Of a stretch of DNA of 64,000 bases, positions 56,804 through 64,000 are shown piece after piece. Under the pieces are notes generated by a model. The model was not told the origin of the DNA and ran no database searches. It worked only from the letters and a program-made list of their open reading frames with translations. Position 1 is the stretch's first letter; each line of letters begins with the position of its first letter. The stretch lies in IMG/VR virus record IMGVR_UViG_3300020156_000368, one strand, 5' to 3'. This DNA is from an uncultured virus (IMG/VR IMGVR_UViG_3300020156_000368) (lineage: Duplodnaviria; Heunggongvirae; Uroviricota; Caudoviricetes). A program made the position numbers and the translations under genes.

Positions 56804-58519
56804 ATGACAACACTTGCGAACTTATTACATATAGCCGCTATTGAACGCCCTCAGACTATCTATCAAGCCATGTGTATTCTTTTTGATTGGCTTCATCAGA
56901 TAGGTATTGAAATAGACAATACAGAAATAGCCAAAGCCCTTCCAGATGGATATGGCGGCGGTATTGTACAGGATAATGATGACTATAAGCATCTTTACTT
57001 AAATAGCATTATAGGCAATCGATATAAAGAAAGAATTAATGATCCAAATTTAGGTCTTGATAGCTATGCAATAGAACTCTGTAATCAAATGGGCAAAAAT
57101 TTATCCAGGAAGATTTTTGGTCATGAATTTGCCGCGCATAAATTTTTAGGCAATGCAATCCAGATGATTTATCAATTTGGATACTTGCCAGATATTAAGC
57201 AAATGGCTCAAGACTTATTGGGTACTCCCGATGTTAAGTTCCTTAGAAATTTAATTAAATGGTCTAAAGAGAATACTAACCAAGTAAGTGTAAGATCAGG
57301 AAGTTTGCCGAGTTTACTGCAATCACGGTTTTTTGATCCAAGCATATGTGCTAACATACGCACTTTGTCTAGATACTATGGAATCGATAAAATAGTTAAC
57401 TTGGGGAAAACAAGACCTGATGATCTATTTTTAGTCGCAACACAAATGGACGATATCGAAAGCGAATCTCAAAGAGAATCCTTTGGCGTTCTAATTAAAA
57501 ATAATGCTGATATCGATACTGTAATTGGCTTTGCAAGGCAGTGTAAAAAGATTCAGGATTTTACAATTCCCCCAGACCCTAAAGCAACCAATAATCCTAA
57601 TTACACTTGGGATGAAGCATATGCCTATTCGGAGAAAGTTAAACAGGAATTTGCGGCGGAATTTAGAATTTCTGCCGAAGAATATGAAGAACGTTATCAA
57701 GATTCTAGTACATCGCATCTAAGGGAAGACGCGCTGGATAGGCTTGAGATGGTTGTTAAAGACACTCAGCTTATGTTGCGTTCAGTAACTCATCCGAGTG
57801 GAGAGATTGCAAAGTTAGCTGCTGATCTTGAGGCTAATATTTATCCTGACGTTCCTGATGAAATAAAAAAGAAGTTCTTTGAATACAGAAACAGAATTCT
57901 AAAAATAAAACTACCTAAGTTATCTCTCAACTTTGATTCAATGCTAAAACTTCACGACGAAGTTTCCAGATATCAAAGAGAAGTATTTTATTGCAAGAAG
58001 ATAATTTTAAAAGAACCTATATTAAAATTCCCTCCTCCATTGATTTCTCCGCTTCCACCAATGATTACTTATATTGATAACGAAGATGATTTAATGTTTG
58101 AAGGGGAATCAATGCGACACTGCGTTAGCTCATATGGAGAGGCATGTGCTAGTGGTTATGCGTATATATATCATTATGAAAATGGGAACTCCAAAGGAAC
58201 AATAGAACTTTCTCCAGATGGCGCTATAAAGCAGTTTTACGGATACCATAATGCTACCATGGGGAAAAAAGACTGGGAGATTGTTGAAAACTGGGTCCAG
58301 ATGAATCTTGATAATAAAAACAATCATCAACCAAATTATGAATCCGTTGATTATGCTGGAAATGAAGAATTTTATGCTAATGATGAAAATTATTTAGACG
58401 ACGACCCTTTTGGCGAAATCCAAGTAGATGATCCAAGAAGAGCATCACTAATAAATATTCTTCGGTTAAGTAGTAGGGAATGGTTTGGAATATCAGATAT
58501 TTTTGAGGATGCAAAATGA
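56804..58519 (+). CDS. PcfJ-like domain protein (family B, copy 1)
   Basis: HD...L..EG..MRHCVSSY...G...IY...GTIE...QFYG..N. Confidence 0.8.
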   Translation: MTTLANLLHIAAIERPQTIYQAMCILFDWLHQIGIEIDNTEIAKALPDGYGGGIVQDNDDYKHLYLNSIIGNRYKERINDPNLGLDSYAIELCNQMGKNLSRKIFGHEFAAHKFLGNAIQMIYQFGYLPDIKQMAQDLLGTPDVKFLRNLIKWSKENTNQVSVRSGSLPSLLQSRFFDPSICANIRTLSRYYGIDKIVNLGKTRPDDLFLVATQMDDIESESQRESFGVLIKNNADIDTVIGFARQCKKIQDFTIPPDPKATNNPNYTWDEAYAYSEKVKQEFAAEFRISAEEYEERYQDSSTSHLREDALDRLEMVVKDTQLMLRSVTHPSGEIAKLAADLEANIYPDVPDEIKKKFFEYRNRILKIKLPKLSLNFDSMLKLHDEVSRYQREVFYCKKIILKEPILKFPPPLISPLPPMITYIDNEDDLMFEGESMRHCVSSYGEACASGYAYIYHYENGNSKGTIELSPDGAIKQFYGYHNATMGKKDWEIVENWVQMNLDNKNNHQPNYESVDYAGNEEFYANDENYLDDDPFGEIQVDDPRRASLINILRLSSREWFGISDIFEDAK

Positions 58520-60159
58520 ATTATCTATCACATGTATTAGCAGCTATCGCGAAGCCAGAAACTCTTGAGCAAGCAGCTACGATTTTACTTGATTGGCTTA
58601 ATCAAATTGGCGTTAATATTTATTGGTCAGATAATCCTAAAGTTAAAGAAATCGAAGCAGAAGAAGGCACAACATATCGAGATTATACAATTAACAAAAT
58701 CATCGACGATGCACATCGCTGGCATGGACAAGATTTACTTCTGGAAGGGCTTGCTTCTAGGATTTGTGAAAAATTAACGTATAGTATGCGTCCGTTTGTT
58801 GAAGAAGCTATATCTAATATTTATAATTATGGTTATCTGCCAGACATTAAAAAATTCTCGCAAGCTCTTATAGGCGATCCTGATATCAATCTTTTAAAGC
58901 AAATTCTTAACTATAGCAAGGAGCTTGCATACGGTGTAGTTACAGATAGGTATGATGATAGCTTCAGGGATTTTGACCATAAAAAAAGTGTTAACGATGA
59001 ATTAGTAAAAGGTGTGTTCGCCTTTATGGAAACTTACGGGAGAGATTTTACTATTAATTATTCCCGAAAGAATCCTGATGGTTTCCTATCAATCATTGGC
59101 GAATATAACTCTTATTCTAAAAGTGATCTTTTTAAAATGATGTCAGAAGGCGCTGACTTTAAGTTAATTGAAAGCGTAACTAGAGAGAATCAAAATATTG
59201 AATCTCACCGACCTGACGAAGATGATGATGATGATTATGGAGATGAGGACTATTATCTCATGGAAAATCTAGCCGTGGAATACGGTCTTGAAAATGAACT
59301 TGAGGGCGAAGATTATACCACATTGCCAGACCTAAGACAATCAGCTAAACAGAGAGTATTAATGTATACAAAAGATACATTTGAAATGCTTAAAACAACA
59401 GACTTTGATGAAGTGTATCAAAGACTCATAAATCATGATCAATCACTAGTCCAAGATTTAGCTGCTCAGAAAAACTTTTTGTTCTATTATAATAAAATAC
59501 TTAAAACTAATTTCAAATCGTTTAAAGACTTTAGTCATTTAAAGCAGATTCATGACGATACAGCCAGATTTTTAATGCAACTAAGGCACGCGAAACGAAC
59601 ACTTCTTAATGAAGAGTTGAGCAAAAATCCTGATTTCCCACCACCCATAATTCAGCCTATTCCGCCAATTATTACATATATTAATAACGAATACGATCTA
59701 GAACTCGAAGGAACCATAATGGATCATTGTGTTGGCTCATTTACTGAGAGATGCCGCAATGGTGAATCATTTATATATAGATATGAAAACAGCTATGCCA
59801 GAGGAACAATTGAAATTGAATCTGATGGCACGCTTGGTCAATTTTATGGTCCGAGAAATAGACCAATGCATGAAGATGATGAAGAACTTGTTAACGACTG
59901 GATAAATGGCACACTGGATTTAAGTAACCCGAATCTTAAAATTGACACGCCATATAAAGGCACTGACTCAATGGGCAATCAATACAAAGTTGATGATCTA
60001 TTTGATAATCAGGAAGGCTACGAATACAAGCCTTCAATATCTGATTTAGGATATAGCGAAGATCAATCTGATCCAAACCAGCCAAAAAATGCTAATATCA
60101 AAAATCTACTTAGAATCAGTAGCCGTGAGTGGTTTAGACTTACTGATCTTTTCGGGTAA
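58516..60159 (+). CDS. PcfJ-like domain protein (family B, copy 2)
   Basis: HD...L..EG..MDHCVGSF...G...IY...GTIE...QFYG..N; ATGA overlap. Confidence 0.8.
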   Translation: MNYLSHVLAAIAKPETLEQAATILLDWLNQIGVNIYWSDNPKVKEIEAEEGTTYRDYTINKIIDDAHRWHGQDLLLEGLASRICEKLTYSMRPFVEEAISNIYNYGYLPDIKKFSQALIGDPDINLLKQILNYSKELAYGVVTDRYDDSFRDFDHKKSVNDELVKGVFAFMETYGRDFTINYSRKNPDGFLSIIGEYNSYSKSDLFKMMSEGADFKLIESVTRENQNIESHRPDEDDDDDYGDEDYYLMENLAVEYGLENELEGEDYTTLPDLRQSAKQRVLMYTKDTFEMLKTTDFDEVYQRLINHDQSLVQDLAAQKNFLFYYNKILKTNFKSFKDFSHLKQIHDDTARFLMQLRHAKRTLLNEELSKNPDFPPPIIQPIPPIITYINNEYDLELEGTIMDHCVGSFTERCRNGESFIYRYENSYARGTIEIESDGTLGQFYGPRNRPMHEDDEELVNDWINGTLDLSNPNLKIDTPYKGTDSMGNQYKVDDLFDNQEGYEYKPSISDLGYSEDQSDPNQPKNANIKNLLRISSREWFRLTDLFG

Positions 60160-60465
60160 AAACTTTTGAGGAACATCCTTGCGACGAACCTTCTTTACTT
60201 GGTCCGTTAGTTCGTGAAAAGCATCCATAGCCATATTGATATTCCCATGTCTTGCATATTGCTCCAAAGCCTTCTCTGCACACCAGCCGATATAAACAAG
60301 CAAAAGGTACTTCTTTATATCGCCTTGTGCCAACAGAGAAGTCAGAAGATCATGGCTATAATTGATGCGATAGATGGCAAGTAAATTTGCGACCTTATGC
60401 ACATCAGCACCAGTTTCCTGTTTCCGTGCATCATTGATTATGAATAGTTTAGGTATTGGCAGCAT
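60106..60465 (-). CDS. Hypothetical protein
   Basis: ORF with a class I promoter on the minus strand. Confidence 0.6.
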   Translation of the reverse strand: MLPIPKLFIINDARKQETGADVHKVANLLAIYRINYSHDLLTSLLAQGDIKKYLLLVYIGWCAEKALEQYARHGNINMAMDAFHELTDQVKKVRRKDVPQKFLPEKISKSKPLTATDSK

Positions 60466-60592
60466 AAGTATTTCTCGAACCCATATACCAAAGGGGGAAC
60501 ACTTTATTCAGAATAACATAAAAAATCAATTGTACCACGCACGAATTTAAACAACCTTCTGAATAAGAGATAGCCTTGTCTGTATCACAAGT

Positions 60593-60943
60593 ATGTTCGA
60601 CTTCATTACATGGAATCTCGTAAAGCGAGTTTATATTTGGAAAGGATGGAATAACGTCATTACTTTTCTAATTGTGGGTAGTATTATTGCGTTTTTTGGC
60701 AGTATGTTATATGTATTGAAGATCGAAGTGGCTGGACTTCCAGAATCCAATAGGCAAAAACTTCCTGCATTTGTTTTTAGTTCTGATAAGGAAACCAAAA
60801 AACACTTCATTAACTTTCGTTTACCAACAGAAAAAGAAGATACTCAATTGCCAATATCTGAAAAAGCCTTTGCCGATCTAAACACAACTCATACTCATGT
60901 AATTTGGGATAAGAGCAAGAATAGTCTTGAAGTTATCAAATGA
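60593..60943 (+). CDS. Single-TM membrane protein
   Basis: Hydrophobic helix; class I promoter. Confidence 0.65.
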   Translation: MFDFITWNLVKRVYIWKGWNNVITFLIVGSIIAFFGSMLYVLKIEVAGLPESNRQKLPAFVFSSDKETKKHFINFRLPTEKEDTQLPISEKAFADLNTTHTHVIWDKSKNSLEVIK

Positions 60944-61233
60944 ATAAACAGACCCAATATATATCAAGGATGCTAAATGAATGTATCCCTGAACGTTTGC
61001 TGCCAGAATATAATGGCAGATTTGCAGAAGAAATGGATTTAGCAGTACAGTTACCACTCATTTTTGACCGAATGCTAGAGATTAAGCAAAGAGGATTCGT
61101 TGGGGATGCAAATCACGTTAATAGTTATCTGGCTTGGGTTATAGGAATAACGGACGAACCACCTGACTTTTCAAAGCCCTTTGATATGTTTGGAAAGCCA
61201 AAGCCTATTCGAAAACCACTTGTGGAATTTTAA
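60940..61233 (+). CDS. Small protein resembling a fragment of DNA polymerase III alpha
   Basis: Y..RF.EEM...NSYLAWVIGITD.PP resembles DnaE RL..EL...GSLVAY.LGIT.VDP. Confidence 0.4.
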   Translation: MNKQTQYISRMLNECIPERLLPEYNGRFAEEMDLAVQLPLIFDRMLEIKQRGFVGDANHVNSYLAWVIGITDEPPDFSKPFDMFGKPKPIRKPLVEF

Positions 61234-61613
61234 CGAATTTGGTGTGCATTAATCAAAAATAGACAATATGGGTGCTTAGCGTTCCAATTCCATTGAACTG
61301 TCAATGGAACACTGGTTTCGGTTGCTCTATCTAATACATTAAAGATGGTTTGCATCTTAGGGGCAGTATTAAGCTTCTCTTGAAGCACCTGAAGGTCTGT
61401 TCCATTGGACATGAAACCAAAGTTTTCCAAATCTTGAGTAAGCATTTGTATTGCTTCCTCTTGACTATGAGCCATCATATTTTCTTTGTTGAAATCATTT
61501 ACTCTGCGCTCTAAATCTTTTTGAGCGATACTTGAATCATAATCATCATTAAATAATTCGTCATCAAACTGATCCCACGCAAATTTCTTGATAAAATCAT
61601 CCTTCCAACTCAT
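61230..61613 (-). CDS. Small protein with an MSWKD N-terminal motif
   Basis: MSWKDDFIKKFA; class II promoter. Confidence 0.75.
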   Translation of the reverse strand: MSWKDDFIKKFAWDQFDDELFNDDYDSSIAQKDLERRVNDFNKENMMAHSQEEAIQMLTQDLENFGFMSNGTDLQVLQEKLNTAPKMQTIFNVLDRATETSVPLTVQWNWNAKHPYCLFLINAHQIR

Positions 61614-61740
61614 GTTATAACCCCTGTATTAGTAATGCAGTAATATTCTATAAGTTGTTTAGCTTTCCCTTCTTTGCAAAATGAAAAGGTACTGCCATCC
61701 CCACCGCTGAATATATAGATATTTGCAGTGGGGGTTTTCT

Positions 61741-62343
61741 ATGTTTAAGAAAATTATGGCAACATTATTTATAACCTTCCTACTTTGTTCATCAGCTTTT
61801 GCGCAAACCATCCTCAAGGTAGGAAATGGAACAGGCTTCTTTGTAAGCCCTAACGAAATAGTCACAGCGCACCACGCTATTGATACGTGGATGACTACTC
61901 CGCTTGGGGTTGAATATAATGGTAAAACTTACGGTGCGCTTGTCTATAAGTATAACGAACATTTAGACGTAGCTTATTTAAGGATTGTGGGACACAGTAA
62001 AGTTTGCGATTCGCCATTGATTATCTCAGAAGCTTCGCTTTATGAAGGAATGCCATACACTCTTTATGGTTATCCAGCAAAGAAAAATCGTGAATTTACT
62101 TCTGTTTCTGGCGTTATAAAAGATACTTATTATAAGATGTTTAGTGATACAGGCAGACGCAACTGGAGAAGGGAGTTTGTACAGGGTAGTTCTGGCGCTT
62201 CATCAGGATATTCAGGCGGTCCAATACTGGATTCTAAGGGGTATGCGATTGGCGTATTGTGTAATGGCAGCAGATGGAATGCTTATTTTACTTCATTCCA
62301 TATGCTAAAAAACCATCCTGACTGGAAAAGCATTAATTTCTAG
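61741..62343 (+). CDS. Secreted trypsin-like serine protease
   Basis: Signal peptide ending AFA; GTGFFV..IVTAHH, DVA, GYSGGP catalytic triad. Confidence 0.88.
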   Translation: MFKKIMATLFITFLLCSSAFAQTILKVGNGTGFFVSPNEIVTAHHAIDTWMTTPLGVEYNGKTYGALVYKYNEHLDVAYLRIVGHSKVCDSPLIISEASLYEGMPYTLYGYPAKKNREFTSVSGVIKDTYYKMFSDTGRRNWRREFVQGSSGASSGYSGGPILDSKGYAIGVLCNGSRWNAYFTSFHMLKNHPDWKSINF

Positions 62344-62377
62344 CAGTTGGAATGATTTTTGCATAAGGTCTACTATT

Positions 62378-63064
62378 ATGGACCTTAAAAGTATTCGCTT
62401 ATTTCACGGGACTTCCAGCAAGTATTTAAATCACATTCTCAAGCACGGAATTTCGCCTGCGTCAGTTACAGGAAACAAAGGCAATTGGGAGCATACGATT
62501 ACGGCTCATCAAGATGCCGTTTATTTATCAACCTCTTATGCGCCTTATTTTGCTATGTGTTCAATCAAGAATGAACGCAAAGAGAAGGCTTTAATAATTG
62601 AGGTTGACCCTTCTCAGCTACAAGAAGAATTTTTATATCCAGATGAAGACGTTCTTCCTCATATTATAAAGATAGAGGATAGCGAATCCTTAGACATAAA
62701 CATAATCACCCAATATTTTCGTGATAATATCAAAGATTATCAGCAATACTGGGAAGCTAGTCTGGCTCTTCTCGGAAACTGCGCCTATCACCAGATCATT
62801 CCGCCAAAAGCTTTTAAAACGGTAGCTTTATTTGATCAAATGAAAAATAAGTCAGCATGGATGAAAAGCGTTGATCCTTCAATTATTCCTATCAACTATC
62901 AGATATTAGGGCATAATTACTTCGCGTTGACGCGCTGGATGATCGGGGAGAAAGTCACGCCTCAGGAAGTCAGCCATACCTATGGGCATTTTCCTGAGTT
63001 TGATCGTGGGCTGGAAGAAATGCTTGAGAATCAGCCTGTGGAGATAATTTATAAATCTGATTAA
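62378..63064 (+). CDS. ADP-ribosyltransferase-fold protein (HGT motif)
   Basis: LFHGTS...I.K.GI.P, VYLS...A..FA, IIEVD, PDED. Confidence 0.6.
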   Translation: MDLKSIRLFHGTSSKYLNHILKHGISPASVTGNKGNWEHTITAHQDAVYLSTSYAPYFAMCSIKNERKEKALIIEVDPSQLQEEFLYPDEDVLPHIIKIEDSESLDINIITQYFRDNIKDYQQYWEASLALLGNCAYHQIIPPKAFKTVALFDQMKNKSAWMKSVDPSIIPINYQILGHNYFALTRWMIGEKVTPQEVSHTYGHFPEFDRGLEEMLENQPVEIIYKSD

Positions 63065-63078
63065 TTAAATTAAAATGA

Positions 63079-63102
63079 TGTTTCCGTGTGTGTTTCCGTG
63101 TG
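63079..63102. repeat. Tandem 12-bp direct repeat
   Basis: TGTTTCCGTGTG x2. Confidence 0.85.
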
Positions 63103-63255
63103 TTGAAACTGCGATTGAAGCGTTGGGCGGCTTCCGCTTCTAACCGATTGGCTTCTATGCTGGTGATGAAGTCTGCCCGTTGCTTTTACGGGCGGACTGA
63201 AGAGGCAGGGCGAAGCCCTGCTCCGCGCCAATTTTTTTCGCGATTTTTTTATTTT

Positions 63256-63570
63256 TTACTCGCGTATCCACTGTTTTATCATGTGTCTACGCTCATCGCC
63301 CACCCAAGGAAGCGAAGCGCCCCACTTTTCTGTGATACTCTCGTCTTCCAAGCGCATGATAAATTCCCACTCATCATGTTCTAAATTGAAGAAAACTTCA
63401 GTGTCTTCGCGCTGCTTTACTTTGCGCTGATCTGCGGATAACAATAGCTGAAAGTCCGTGGAGCCATCGCGATTATTATCATCTTCTATAATAACATCGA
63501 TGAATTGCCCCGCTTGGAAAGATACCTCATCTTTAACTACGTTTTTAACAATAGCTATGGTCGCCCACAT
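63256..63570 (-). CDS. Hypothetical protein
   Basis: AAGGA RBS. Confidence 0.65.
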   Translation of the reverse strand: MWATIAIVKNVVKDEVSFQAGQFIDVIIEDDNNRDGSTDFQLLLSADQRKVKQREDTEVFFNLEHDEWEFIMRLEDESITEKWGASLPWVGDERRHMIKQWIRE

Positions 63571-63702
63571 AATTTATCCTTTGTATACACGTGTAAAACC
63601 AACCCCGCCCCGCTTGAAGTGCTGGGACAATGGGAACGCTGGGATGAATTACGGGAGAGGCAAGTGAGCGGCTACGCGAACTTGTCCTTACTCCCGTTTC
63701 AA

Positions 63703-63972
63703 TTAGTTAAACTTGGCTGGCTTTTCCAAGGCAATTCCGTCTACCTTAGTTAAAAATGCGTTTAGGTCTGCATCAATCTCAAAGGTCAATCCAACTTCAT
63801 AGGTAAGCCTAGCAAGACCCCTGGATTCAATCTGTTTATCCGTCAGACCAGCTTTTCTAAGCTTCTCAAAGGCGTCCATATCGTCGCCGTAAGCGTAAAG
63901 CGTCACCGTCTTAGGCTGCTTTGCTGCTTCTGCCGCTGCTGCTTCACGACGCCTTAGCTCTTGCTCTAGCAT
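63703..63972 (-). CDS. Hypothetical protein (may extend past the window edge)
   Basis: Open frame to near the window end. Confidence 0.55.
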   Translation of the reverse strand: MLEQELRRREAAAAEAAKQPKTVTLYAYGDDMDAFEKLRKAGLTDKQIESRGLARLTYEVGLTFEIDADLNAFLTKVDGIALEKPAKFN

Positions 63973-64000
63973 CTCCCTAGGAAACTGTGTTAAATCTGTC

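Noticed and set aside
63197..63225. Hammerhead ribozyme (CTGAAGA followed by a stem)
   Set aside because: The required GAAA immediately after stem II is missing.
63088..63384. Plus-strand 98-aa ORF
   Set aside because: No RBS, runs through hairpins and T tracts, and overlaps a better minus-strand gene.
1..64000. CRISPR array or cas genes
   Set aside because: No regularly spaced repeat-spacer units and no Cas motifs seen.
1..64000. Stop-codon reassignment
   Set aside because: Recognisable enzymes are full length under the standard code, and TAG (aspS) and TGA (trxA) end genes at the expected positions.
1..64000. Cellular chromosome origin (because of aaRS, coa and trx genes)
   Set aside because: Housekeeping genes are isolated among hypothetical ORFs, two are degenerate, and a fibre gene and uniform non-sigma70 promoters are present. 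No capsid or terminase gene is in this window, so phage origin remains an inference.

Overview
The window looks like part of a large (jumbo-type) bacteriophage genome using standard stop codons. It is densely packed with short hypothetical ORFs and has no core host operons. Translation and RNA genes include tRNA-Gly, a partial tRNA-Thr, a 279-nt tRNA-like RNA, Pth2, AspRS, and an RNA ligase next to an HD-kinase. Auxiliary metabolic genes include NadM-Nudix, NadV, split CoaB/CoaC and thioredoxin. There is also a tail-fibre-like protein, cell-wall enzymes (Amidase_3, M23) and HNH genes. Five signals stand out. (1) TyrRS-like and ArgRS-like proteins keep their tRNA-binding domains but have degenerate catalytic motifs. 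(2) The tRNA-like RNA has a G3-U70 pair and an insert of about 200 nt. (3) Two fixed-spacing promoter-like motifs recur: GAATAA-N14-TGTA and a sigmaH-like AAGG-N19-GAA. (4) The second motif marks structural/lysis genes plus dispersed paralog families that share short terminal peptide motifs, suggesting capsid-packaged cargo. (5) Several promoters lie inside hairpins that cover the ribosome-binding site. All functional calls come from motif recognition by eye; no database searches were run.
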